Shown here one piece after another: positions 20,937-30,262 of a DNA stretch of 64,000 nt. Under the pieces are notes generated by a model. That model was not told where the DNA came from. It made no database searches and saw nothing but the letters and a program-made list of their open reading frames with translations. Origin of the DNA: an uncultured virus (IMG/VR IMGVR_UViG_3300042564_001445) (taxonomy: Duplodnaviria > Heunggongvirae > Uroviricota > Caudoviricetes); IMG/VR virus record IMGVR_UViG_3300042564_001445; one strand, 5' to 3'. The translations under genes and the position numbers were made by a program. Numbering within the stretch: position 1 is the stretch's first letter; each line of letters starts with the position of its first letter.

Positions 20937-21908
20937 CTATGTATATAAAGTTCCTCCAGCTGTAAAAACATGATAAGTGTAACCGCCACTACCATAAATA
21001 CTATTACCTCCAGATAATACTTGGCCTCCAGCATATCGGAGTCGCACAGAACCAGAGCCCCCGCTACCGTTTCTGTTAGGGGCGTTTACGTGGCCAATTC
21101 CTCCGCCACCGCCACCATATTGTGCTGCTCCAGCAACCGAGGCAATCGACATTCCTCCGCCACCATTACCACCTCCGCCTAATCCTCCTCCGGTTGACCA
21201 GTCCCACGTCCAAGTGCCACCAGCTCCGCCACCGCCAAAGTAATCTCCGAATTCACCCACATATCTACCGTTTCCGCCACCACCACCTTTTTCGCTATCG
21301 CTACTGGCTCCTGCGGCAGAAGTTCCTCCGCCACCACCACCGCCTGCTTGGGTAGCTCCATTGCCTCCGTTATTGCCATATCCGCCATTAGGCACAGCAG
21401 CATTGCCATTGTTACCTTGATTGCCATTAATACCACCTCCGCCGCCACAGCCTCCTGAGGCACCATAACCAAAGTCAACAGCACCAAAGTCTCCATAACC
21501 TGAGCCGCCACCGCCACCGCCAAACATAGTTATTCCTCCAAATGTCGAGTTACCCCCATTGCTTCCTCTAAAATTATCATCGACACTTTGACTTCCTGCA
21601 AAAGCACCACCTCCTCCTACGGATATACCGTACGATGTCCCCCTATTGATAGTATAAGATGAATTATGATAATGAGCACCAGCTCCTCCTCCACCTCCAC
21701 CGCCAGGAGAACCTCCGCCACCTCCACCACCAGCAGCTTGAACAAGTAGAGAGATTGTAATAGTATTAGCAAATCCATAAAATTCACTCATAGAATCTGG
21801 TGTAACCTTCCCTGCTGCCGCACTAAGTGTACGCAGAGAATAAGACCCTGAGCTTAGTTCAACTCGAATCTGGTTAATAGTTATAGGCCCTGAAGTCTGT
21901 AATGGCAT
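20937..21908 (-). CDS. Glycine-rich tail-associated protein
   Basis: MPLQTSGPIT..IR.EL N-terminus, poly-Gly repeats, GGSGSVRLRY and YTYHVFT C-terminus. Confidence 0.8.
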   Translation of the reverse strand: MPLQTSGPITINQIRVELSSGSYSLRTLSAAAGKVTPDSMSEFYGFANTITISLLVQAAGGGGGGGSPGGGGGGGAGAHYHNSSYTINRGTSYGISVGGGGAFAGSQSVDDNFRGSNGGNSTFGGITMFGGGGGGSGYGDFGAVDFGYGASGGCGGGGGINGNQGNNGNAAVPNGGYGNNGGNGATQAGGGGGGGTSAAGASSDSEKGGGGGNGRYVGEFGDYFGGGGAGGTWTWDWSTGGGLGGGGNGGGGMSIASVAGAAQYGGGGGGIGHVNAPNRNGSGGSGSVRLRYAGGQVLSGGNSIYGSGGYTYHVFTAGGTLYT

Positions 21909-21909
21909 A

Positions 21910-24900
21910 CTATAGTCCTTTTAGCGTTTTTACTATTTCCACAAGTTCGTCAATCTGCGCTTTTTGTTGCATCAACTGAACTTGCTGTTCCTTGAATGCT
22001 TCAATGAATAATCCAGCCATGTTGCCATAAGCAACTGAATACGTGCCATCTTTACTCTCCGTAACCACCTCAGGGAATACGGGTAATACTTCTTGTGCGA
22101 TAACTCCTGCAAACCGAGTATCAGTGTCTTCTCGATCATTTCTTGTAAAGGTTACTCCACGGATAGCATGAATTTTTTCTAAGGCGTTTTCGATTACCTG
22201 TACATTTTCTTTAACACGAGCATCCGAATAAGCGGTAACATCACCTCTAGTCCAAATGCCATTTGCTAAAGCTGCATTGGTTACGCCGTTCTCCATTACC
22301 AAAAGTCCATGCGTTGAAAGAAATCCTGCTTGGCCACCAGCATTTGGATGCGACCACGCTAATCCGTAAAGATTTCCAGGGCCAGTTCCATCTACAGGCA
22401 ACATATAAGCCCCTCCCATTGCAAACACGCCTTGATATCTACTAGCAGAATATACCCCTACAGTAGTACAGCCGTAATTATAGTCAAGATAAAGATGATT
22501 ATTACTATTTACCCTTAGGTAATTAAACTCTCGCTGCGAGGTGGTAGCCGAATTTCCAGAAACACTTATACTCCAAGTGCCACTAGCGCCAGTTCCATTT
22601 GTAGGAACATAAGTACTATTGTCATAAGAAATAGTAGTACCAGAAGCTTTTACAAAACCAGTTCCATTAAGAGTTGTACCAGCAGAAATAGTCCAGCTTC
22701 TATTAGCAGACAGGTCATACGCTGTCCCATTAATTGTTAATGTGCGAGCATTTGTTACAGGAGTGTAACCTAAAGCAGTTGTTACGTCCCCAGATGTAAT
22801 GCTGGTTAAATAAGTGCTAGTATCTAAACTCCAAGTATTTGCTGCTGTCTTTTTTAGCAATCCACTTGTACCAGAAATGGCTGCAATAGCAGTTAAGTCT
22901 GCATCTAATGGTTGATAAGTAGACGCAGCAGATGAAGTTGTTAAATATCCAGCTGAAGCGTGATTGCCCCAACCGTAAGCAGTATCCCAGTTTGAAGCGG
23001 AACTTGTTGTTGGAATAACATATCCAGAAGTCAAGCTGAACACACCCGTTGTATTAGTGTATGTTAAGCCAGTTGCTGTTGATGATAATGCTGTTAATGC
23101 AATGTAGTTATTAGGGTTAGTTGCGTTGTACGGAGTGTAACCTAATACAGATGTTAACTGAGCGTTCTTCCAAAGGCTAGTTGCGTTATCGTAGTACATT
23201 ACATCTTTGTCAGCCTTAGATGTAAACAATACGTTATGAAGCTCTTCTATTTCAAAACCATTCTGAACCTTAACAAATATCTCTCCATTGTTAGATTGTA
23301 CTCTTGTTACAATACCAATGAATACTAAGTGTGCAGGAGCAACAGGCTTGTTAGCTAAACCAAATATTAAATCCCCGCTTGTTCCTAACCAAACTGGGTC
23401 TCCAGCAGTTGCTGTAGAAGTATCAAGTCCAGCAAGTAAGCCTTCTGTGATAACCTTTACAATATCATTTGTTACACCACCTGTTTCTAACAATCCAAGT
23501 GTTTTAGAAGATGTAGCCTCAGATGCATTAGATGCGGCAGAAACAATCATATTTGTTCCGTCAGCACTTGACACATAAACTGCCTTACCCTTGGCAATCG
23601 TAGCACCTAATTTAACTTCGTGCTTTAATTGAGTCGCGTAATTATCAATCCATTGTGTATTATAATTAGTAGCGTCAATTTTAGACAATATCTGTCCAGC
23701 AGTTCCTCCAGCAGCCAATGTACCAGAAACTGTCCAGCTTCTATTTGCTGTTAAGTCGTATGTCGTTCCGTTAATTGTTAACGTGCGAGCATTTGTTACA
23801 GGAGTGTATCCTAACGCAGTAGTTACATCTGAAGATGATAATGTGATATCACCTGTTCTTGTGTTGAAGCTAGTAACTCCAGCCGCAGCGGAAGATGCCC
23901 AGCTTAATACCGAGCCGTCCGTTGTTAAGAATTTACCTGTATTGCCAGTCTGAGACGGGAACGCCGCTACAAAAGTGTAAGCGTCATCCCAGTTACTCTG
24001 CTTAATAGTAGTAGGAATAGCATATCCAGTTGTAAGGCTAAATACACCTGTTGTATTAGTGTATGTTAAGCCAGTAGCCGTAGAAGAAAGAGCCGTTAAG
24101 GCGATGTAACTGTTAGGATTAGTTGCGTCATACGGGGTAAATCCTAATGCACCTGTAACATCGCCAGATGATAATGTAATAGCACCTGTTCTAGTATTAA
24201 AGCTAGTAACTCCACCTTGGTATTCAGGAATATTTAAAACTCCTGTGGTAGAATTATAAGTCGCAGCACCACTTGTTCCTGTGGTAGTTAATGATATAGC
24301 AGCTCTTGCTAGAGCATCCGTATACTGAGTAATTGTATTAGTAATTACACCAGTAGTATTATTATAAGATATACCAGTTCCCGCAGATAATGCTGTTAAA
24401 GCAATATATGCATTAGGGTTAGTAGCGTTATATGGAGTAAATGTTAAAGCAGTAGTTACATCAGAAGATGTTAAAGTAATAGCCCCTGTTCTAGTGTTAA
24501 AGCTAGTAACTCCTCCTTCATATTGTGGAATATTTAATGTATTGCCAACGAATGTTGCAGCACCACTTGTTCCTGTAGTAGTTAAGGTAATATCATCCTG
24601 CTTAGCATCTAACGCTGACTGCAAATCTGTTTGATTAGCAAGCGTTCCCGTAATACCACCCCAGATAGTTCCAACCGTAGGAGAAACTTCAATATAAGCA
24701 GAACCGCTCCAGCGGTATATCTTATTGTTATCTAATGCAACATAGATCTTTCCAGTTGTTCCTGTTGCAGGGAAACCAGCTAAGTTGGTATATTCTAATA
24801 CATCGTCCACATAAGAAGGAAGCTGCGTAGAAGGAACTAATCCAGCACCGTCTAGGCTTGCATATCCGCCCGCTACGCCCTTATTTAATGTTGATTCAGG

Positions 24901-26754
24901 CGTGTATCCCAACGCAGTAGTTACGTTGCTTGACGTTAAAGATAAAGCACCTCCTAGCGTTAAGTTTCCGCTAGTTGTAACCGAACCTGTTAAAGTTAAT
25001 CCGCTAACAGTTCCTGTTCCACCAACAGATGTAACAGTACCTACGTTATTAGTATATCCAGCAGGATTGGTAGCGTTATAAGGAGTATATCCTAGAGCAC
25101 CAGTCACATCGCCAGATGTTAATGTAATAGCACCTGTTCTTGTATTGAAGCTTGTAACTCCGCCCTCATAAGCAGGTATGTTTAAAACACCTGTTGTTGA
25201 GTTATATGTTGCAGCGCCTGATACTCCAGTAGTTGTTAAACTAATAGCTTGTCTAGCGCGTAAATTTGTAAAGTATAAGTTAGTCCCTTCTGCTAGGTTA
25301 GTTGTACTCTTAGCAGCAAGTGCTGTGTCAAATCTTCCTTGAGTATAGTATAAATTATCTCCTTCAGTAACAACCGTTGTATTTAATGTTGCAACTGTAC
25401 CGTCGCCTCGCATATACTGAAGAGTAGTTCCTGTAGCTGTAATTGCAATCGTACCACTTGTTGTCACAGGGGAATTGTTAACCGTAAACGCAGCAGGCAT
25501 ACTTACCCCAACGCTAGTAACCGTACCAGGCTGTGCTCCAGCGGCAACACTATCTAACTTAGTTTTGTCGGAAGCGCTCATTGCTCCAGCAGAACTTGTC
25601 GTTGCGCTAGATAAAGAAAGCACCTGCGTAGATAAACTTAATCCGTTGCCAGTTCCAACAGTAACAGGGCTGTGAAAACGAGAATCATTACCCTGTGCAA
25701 TAGTACCACTAGTTGTTCCATAAGTAGGTGACGTTGTGACTGTGTTGTTTGTAACAGCTGTTGTGATACCATTACTCCCTAGAAAATTTAATGTTGACTT
25801 AAGTGGTACTGAATCGGTATTTGTTCCATCTGAAATACTGAAAAAGTCAGCTTCTATCGAAAATCCTACTAGAGGAGCAGATGTGTAAGTATGCGTATTG
25901 TAAGGACGCAAGATATCTAGCAACTGCGCTAAGATAGGTTCTGAGCCATCTAATGTTGAAGACTCAAATCTTGCAATCAAGTGAGAGTACAACGCCATCA
26001 CCAAGTCGTACTCTTCATTTAGAATATCAAACTGAGTATCATTTGTTGTTTCGTACGCTTCAATTGCAGCGTGGTAGGTATTAATATATCCAATTAATTG
26101 ATATTGCGTAGGAGCTCTTCGAACATCAATAACTTGCTGTAATAAGTCAATGTATAATGCGCTTGTCCAAGTATCTGTCGAATGAGTATATGCCACCGAG
26201 ACATCTGCTCTAGCGGTGTACACCCCTTCGTAATAGTTTCCTGAGAATATTGGACTAATTACGTTGCCCGTTCCCGTAACAGTAGTTCCCGACTGTGGCG
26301 TATTACTAGGCATAACTGTAGTAAAAGTACGCGTCAACGTACCTGTGTAACTACCAATAGTCAAGTAAGAAGTGTTATCAAAGAACTTAACCTCTGGTAG
26401 TAGTACATCCGACCCATCAACAATATTCTTCGTAGGTTTAATCCAGTTAAAGTTAGTTGTTCTTGAAAGGTTATATCCCCCCAAAGAAGTGTCCAACGCA
26501 ACAAAGTCAATCTTATAGTTTCCTGTGATTACAGCACCTGTGCTGTCCGTAACAAGCAATATGTCAACAAAGCCTCCCGCAGCAGAAATATCAGGACTTA
26601 AGAAGTCTGTTTTGATTCGAGTAGAACCATCTGGGAAAGTTACCGAGAAGTTACCTTTTGCTAAAGTAAACCCAGTTGAAGTATCTGTAAGGCGTAAAAC
26701 TCGTGACTGAGTTTTCTCATTTATCCTGAATTGAGCGCTAAAGTTAACTGCCAT
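21910..26754 (-). CDS. Long tail fibre with internal repeats and C-terminal S74 chaperone
   Basis: GVTSFNTRTG.ITL.S.DVT.ALG.TP x4; YSDARVKENV...GVIAQEV..VFPEVV...SVAYGN. Start probably MAVNF at 26754 because a promoter box overlaps the tracked start. Confidence 0.88.
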   Translation of the reverse strand: MAVNFSAQFRINEKTQSRVLRLTDTSTGFTLAKGNFSVTFPDGSTRIKTDFLSPDISAAGGFVDILLVTDSTGAVITGNYKIDFVALDTSLGGYNLSRTTNFNWIKPTKNIVDGSDVLLPEVKFFDNTSYLTIGSYTGTLTRTFTTVMPSNTPQSGTTVTGTGNVISPIFSGNYYEGVYTARADVSVAYTHSTDTWTSALYIDLLQQVIDVRRAPTQYQLIGYINTYHAAIEAYETTNDTQFDILNEEYDLVMALYSHLIARFESSTLDGSEPILAQLLDILRPYNTHTYTSAPLVGFSIEADFFSISDGTNTDSVPLKSTLNFLGSNGITTAVTNNTVTTSPTYGTTSGTIAQGNDSRFHSPVTVGTGNGLSLSTQVLSLSSATTSSAGAMSASDKTKLDSVAAGAQPGTVTSVGVSMPAAFTVNNSPVTTSGTIAITATGTTLQYMRGDGTVATLNTTVVTEGDNLYYTQGRFDTALAAKSTTNLAEGTNLYFTNLRARQAISLTTTGVSGAATYNSTTGVLNIPAYEGGVTSFNTRTGAITLTSGDVTGALGYTPYNATNPAGYTNNVGTVTSVGGTGTVSGLTLTGSVTTSGNLTLGGALSLTSSNVTTALGYTPESTLNKGVAGGYASLDGAGLVPSTQLPSYVDDVLEYTNLAGFPATGTTGKIYVALDNNKIYRWSGSAYIEVSPTVGTIWGGITGTLANQTDLQSALDAKQDDITLTTTGTSGAATFVGNTLNIPQYEGGVTSFNTRTGAITLTSSDVTTALTFTPYNATNPNAYIALTALSAGTGISYNNTTGVITNTITQYTDALARAAISLTTTGTSGAATYNSTTGVLNIPEYQGGVTSFNTRTGAITLSSGDVTGALGFTPYDATNPNSYIALTALSSTATGLTYTNTTGVFSLTTGYAIPTTIKQSNWDDAYTFVAAFPSQTGNTGKFLTTDGSVLSWASSAAAGVTSFNTRTGDITLSSSDVTTALGYTPVTNARTLTINGTTYDLTANRSWTVSGTLAAGGTAGQILSKIDATNYNTQWIDNYATQLKHEVKLGATIAKGKAVYVSSADGTNMIVSAASNASEATSSKTLGLLETGGVTNDIVKVITEGLLAGLDTSTATAGDPVWLGTSGDLIFGLANKPVAPAHLVFIGIVTRVQSNNGEIFVKVQNGFEIEELHNVLFTSKADKDVMYYDNATSLWKNAQLTSVLGYTPYNATNPNNYIALTALSSTATGLTYTNTTGVFSLTSGYVIPTTSSASNWDTAYGWGNHASAGYLTTSSAASTYQPLDADLTAIAAISGTSGLLKKTAANTWSLDTSTYLTSITSGDVTTALGYTPVTNARTLTINGTAYDLSANRSWTISAGTTLNGTGFVKASGTTISYDNSTYVPTNGTGASGTWSISVSGNSATTSQREFNYLRVNSNNHLYLDYNYGCTTVGVYSASRYQGVFAMGGAYMLPVDGTGPGNLYGLAWSHPNAGGQAGFLSTHGLLVMENGVTNAALANGIWTRGDVTAYSDARVKENVQVIENALEKIHAIRGVTFTRNDREDTDTRFAGVIAQEVLPVFPEVVTESKDGTYSVAYGNMAGLFIEAFKEQQVQLMQQKAQIDELVEIVKTLKGL
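22680..25260 (-). repeat. Dispersed intragenic repeat modules in the tail fibre gene
   Basis: Repeated blocks near 23800-23885, 24140-24300, 24440-24590 and 25090-25250; blocks 22690-22790/23730-23820 and 23030-23130/24030-24130 are also near-duplicates. Confidence 0.8.
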
Positions 26755-26778
26755 TTTAAAGCGAGAATAGTTTTGCCT

Positions 26779-26786
26779 CAAAGATA
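26779..26786 (-). promoter_or_regulatory. Bacteroidota-type -7 box (TATCTTTG)
   Basis: TAnnTTTG 24 bp upstream of the 26754 start. Confidence 0.7.
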
Positions 26787-26800
26787 ACTATTTTTCTGAT

Positions 26801-26836
26801 AAAAAAAGAAAGGAGAACAATATGCTCTCCTTCTTT
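26801..26836 (-). terminator. Intrinsic terminator
   Basis: AAGGAGAG..TTCTCCTT stem followed by a T-run on the minus strand. Confidence 0.7.
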
Positions 26837-26871
26837 ACAACCTCAACCAAACAATCAATCCTGTGACGGAT

Positions 26872-27687
26872 CTAGTCTAGACGACTCTTGATGGCAATAA
26901 GCTCATCTTGATTGTTTTCCTCGAGGTATTCCGACATCTCCTTAAAGTAATTTTTATTAGGAGCCTTCTTATACTTATAGATTTCCTTTGCAGTTTCTGC
27001 CCATTCAAATCTGCTTTCAGTAATATTATTCTTAATAATACCTTTCTTTACGGCGTCTTTTAGCATGGTTTCGTTTGCCAAAGATGATCTTTCTAACACT
27101 TCCAAGAATTCCTCTGGATTCTCTTCAGCATAATCTTCTAAAGCATTACGCGTCTCATCAATGCTTGCGGCTTCAATACCTAACGCCATTGCTGCTTCGC
27201 GAGCCTTTTTGTCATCTAACTCAATCGCTAAATTAACTGCTTTAACAATTAACTTACGAGTAGAACGTTCAACTTGAGCCTCTTTCTTGCTATCTACGCG
27301 ATAAAAAATTGCTTCGTGATCATCATTTCTATCTTTGTTAGATTGATTGAAATTAGATAACTCTAAATATTGATATATCTTTTGATGAAGAGGGTTTTTC
27401 CCATCCAAAAACATATAACCAAGATTACTTGCCGTAAATACAACGTTTAAGAAAACTGCGTTACCTTCGTTGTCTTGGCGTTCAATCGCTGCAATTGTAA
27501 CAAAATCTCCTTTTTCTTTATCGTAAACAATATCTGTAGAAGGGATTTGATATGCTGCCGGCATTAAGAATTTACCGTAATTATCCGGATCAGGGCGTAC
27601 ATTTAAAATCCGGTAGGTTGCTCGCTCATCTGGTTTTAATTTCTTTTCCATTGATGGCGAAAGCTTATTATACTCTGATGCTTTCAT
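26872..27687 (-). CDS. Conserved hypothetical protein downstream of the capsid gene
   Basis: 271 aa, own promoter box, synteny. Confidence 0.7.
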   Translation of the reverse strand: MKASEYNKLSPSMEKKLKPDERATYRILNVRPDPDNYGKFLMPAAYQIPSTDIVYDKEKGDFVTIAAIERQDNEGNAVFLNVVFTASNLGYMFLDGKNPLHQKIYQYLELSNFNQSNKDRNDDHEAIFYRVDSKKEAQVERSTRKLIVKAVNLAIELDDKKAREAAMALGIEAASIDETRNALEDYAEENPEEFLEVLERSSLANETMLKDAVKKGIIKNNITESRFEWAETAKEIYKYKKAPNKNYFKEMSEYLEENNQDELIAIKSRLD

Positions 27688-27707
27688 TTTATTTTTGTTT
27701 GGTTACG

Positions 27708-27715
27708 CAAATGTA
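27708..27715 (-). promoter_or_regulatory. Bacteroidota-type -7 box (TACATTTG)
   Basis: TAnnTTTG upstream of the 27687 start. Confidence 0.65.
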
Positions 27716-27732
27716 TGTAAAAAATATTAAAC

Positions 27733-27760
27733 AAAAAAAGGGGAGAATTTCTCCTCCCCC
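27733..27760 (-). terminator. Intrinsic terminator after the major capsid gene
   Basis: GGGGAG..CTCCCC stem plus T7 on the minus strand. Confidence 0.75.
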
Positions 27761-27778
27761 AATTTTTAATCAACCTAA

Positions 27779-29107
27779 TTAGATAGAATACTTAACGAAG
27801 TGCTCGTTACCTACAGTCTCTAATCCTTCGATTGAGCTGTAAACGATATCCAAAGTATCAGTATCTGAAGTTGGAGTTGGAGCAAGTCCACCCAAAAGCT
27901 TCTCGCGGAAACGGCTATTTAAGCCATCTGGCATTTCTAAGTAACGCAACATCATGCGATCTACTTGTCCACCACCTTGCTCAACCTTGATCTTTCCAGC
28001 AGGTACTAAGTAAGCTTCTTTAGTGTAGTTTACGTTAGTAGCAGTAGAAGTGATTTGTGGATGAGACAATGCGTTAAGACGCTTCTTGTGGAAAGTACGT
28101 CCAAATGCAGCTAAAGATTGAACACCTAAAGCAATAGCAACGTCTTTCTTACCACCGTAAGAAGCATAGTTTACAGCACCATTGATGAATTGAGTAGCTC
28201 CTGTGATTTGAGTATCAAAAGAGTTATCAAAGTCAGCACCAGCCCACAATTGGTATTCTGAAGGGCAACGGTTAGCGTCCATCAAACGAGATAATGCAGC
28301 TAAGTCAGATAACAATAAAGTACCTGAAGTTGCTGTGTTAGAAGTAATACCACCTGCGTTGATGATTGTATCACGCAAACCACGAGTTGTGTTGATAGCA
28401 TTACCAGAAGCATCAGTCAAACCAGCTGACTCACGTCCGAACAATACAGCGTAAAGGATGTCCATACGGTGCTTCAAATACGCATCATGCTGCTGCTTTA
28501 AGAAGTAGTAAGGCTTGCCTTTGAATTCAACCTCAATCTTAGAACCGTAAGCGATATCTGTAACAGAAGTCTTAGTTTTGAAGATTTGAAGTTTGTTAGA
28601 ACGCTTAACTAAGTCAGACTTACGCATAGTTTGAGATCCTGTTCCTTCAGCATAAGCATTAGAGAAGAAAGATAACTTAGCGTTAGCTGCAACCGCTGGG
28701 ATAATGTCAGCAGAGTTAACAGGCTTAACTGTCAAAACGAAGTCAGTATCAGAAGAGATAGCTGAAACGTAACCTACAACACCGTTAGCGAACAACATCA
28801 ATTCACCGATAACTGGCTTAACTGAAGAAGCACCGATACAAGTGATAGATGCAGAAGCACCAGCAGAACCAGCTGTAGTTAAAGTCTTGTTAGTAGCCGT
28901 AGCATACAAGAAGTTGTTTTGTACTGTGAAATATTCAGTTTGAGCTGTAGCCTTTGACTTACCAGTCCAATCTAAAATATCAAGCATAGAAGCCTCTTCA
29001 TCATAGATGTCAAGAACGTCTTTTAAGATTTCACGCTGCTCTAGCGTGTTTGTGAAAGATACCGTCGATAAAAAGGTACGATCGATATTACCTGCTGCAA
29101 TAGCCAT
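27779..29107 (-). CDS. Major capsid protein (HK97 fold)
   Basis: 442 aa after portal and scaffold; N.LQIFK, E/D..LFG, TTRGL patterns; biased codon usage; strong terminator. Confidence 0.85.
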   Translation of the reverse strand: MAIAAGNIDRTFLSTVSFTNTLEQREILKDVLDIYDEEASMLDILDWTGKSKATAQTEYFTVQNNFLYATATNKTLTTAGSAGASASITCIGASSVKPVIGELMLFANGVVGYVSAISSDTDFVLTVKPVNSADIIPAVAANAKLSFFSNAYAEGTGSQTMRKSDLVKRSNKLQIFKTKTSVTDIAYGSKIEVEFKGKPYYFLKQQHDAYLKHRMDILYAVLFGRESAGLTDASGNAINTTRGLRDTIINAGGITSNTATSGTLLLSDLAALSRLMDANRCPSEYQLWAGADFDNSFDTQITGATQFINGAVNYASYGGKKDVAIALGVQSLAAFGRTFHKKRLNALSHPQITSTATNVNYTKEAYLVPAGKIKVEQGGGQVDRMMLRYLEMPDGLNSRFREKLLGGLAPTPTSDTDTLDIVYSSIEGLETVGNEHFVKYSI

Positions 29108-29135
29108 GTTTAATAAAATTTAATTTGTGAATAAC

Positions 29136-30215
29136 TTATTTTCTTACAGTCATTCCCCTTAAAAAGTCTACTGGATTATCGAAAGGACTATCAGATCCCG
29201 GTGTATCGATTATATCTTTTGACTTTGCCATAGGGGCTACGTTTTTCAACTCAGCCTCCATCGTTTTTCTGCCTAGCGATTTGCCATGCTTAATTAGTTC
29301 ACTTATAAATAAAGTTGGATTCTCAGCGAATGCAACTACTTTTGTCCATTTATCCCAATTAATCTGTCCATCTGCGCCAGCAAATGTCGATAAAAACTTT
29401 GTTGAGTCTAATGCATAATCAACTACTTTGTTAGGATCGCCAATCTGGTAATTTATACCTTCACCATTTGCCTCCACCTTGATCAAGTTGTTTTTTAAAA
29501 CACCAGATACTCCATTTTCCACAATTTTGCGACTGACTTCCATTTCGGCTTCCAGTTCTTCTTGCGAATATTGTGATTCTTGCGATGCTGTTTGCGCCGG
29601 CTGAATGCTTTGTAAGAATTGCTTTTGCTCTTCTTTTAGACTAGATCTAAGCTTGTTTGCATCTCGCTTTAACAATGCTTGCCCCATCTCTACATCATCC
29701 TCATCAAATGCATCAAGGTTGTACTTCTCGACTTGCTTATCAAAAAGACGTTGTTTTACTTTTTCGCTTAAATCAGAATTTTCTTTATCGAAATTCATCT
29801 TTAAGACAGTCAAGTCATCAACTTCGTCGTAATTGATCTTAGTCGCTTCTAAATATGGCTGCAATGTACCGTACGTCTCGTAATAGTCTACAGCCTTCTT
29901 AATGAAGTCATCCTTAAATTTATATTCAGTCGGCTCAGGCGTTGACTTTTCTTCAGGAGCAACAAGTTCTTCCTCATCTGGGTAAGTTTCTTCTGCAACC
30001 TCGGTAGTATCACCTAAGCCTTCTGTAATATCCTCATCTATAATGGACTCCTCGTTAGGAATCGCATCTTCAACAGTATCATCAACTCCTTCGTCTTCAG
30101 TCGCAACATCTTCGTTAGCAACTTGTTCTGACGGCGGCGTGATATCTCTTGGCTCGTTTTGTTCAACGTTATTATCTGGTAATAATTCGTCTAAATTTAT
30201 ACTGTTCTCTTCCAT
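29136..30215 (-). CDS. Capsid scaffolding protein
   Basis: Very acidic N-terminus, helical C-terminus, between portal and capsid gene. Confidence 0.7.
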   Translation of the reverse strand: MEENSINLDELLPDNNVEQNEPRDITPPSEQVANEDVATEDEGVDDTVEDAIPNEESIIDEDITEGLGDTTEVAEETYPDEEELVAPEEKSTPEPTEYKFKDDFIKKAVDYYETYGTLQPYLEATKINYDEVDDLTVLKMNFDKENSDLSEKVKQRLFDKQVEKYNLDAFDEDDVEMGQALLKRDANKLRSSLKEEQKQFLQSIQPAQTASQESQYSQEELEAEMEVSRKIVENGVSGVLKNNLIKVEANGEGINYQIGDPNKVVDYALDSTKFLSTFAGADGQINWDKWTKVVAFAENPTLFISELIKHGKSLGRKTMEAELKNVAPMAKSKDIIDTPGSDSPFDNPVDFLRGMTVRK

Positions 30216-30235
30216 TGTTAATTGTTTGGTTACTG

Positions 30236-30243
30236 CAAAGCTA
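30236..30243 (-). promoter_or_regulatory. Bacteroidota-type -7 box (TAGCTTTG)
   Basis: TAnnTTTG upstream of scaffold and capsid genes. Confidence 0.65.
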
Positions 30244-30262
30244 TAAAGTATTTCTCAGATTG

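Noticed and set aside
21910..26754. Diversity-generating retroelement or invertible tail shufflon
   Set aside because: No reverse transcriptase or recombinase; repeats are direct, in-frame and not obviously adenine-specific in their differences
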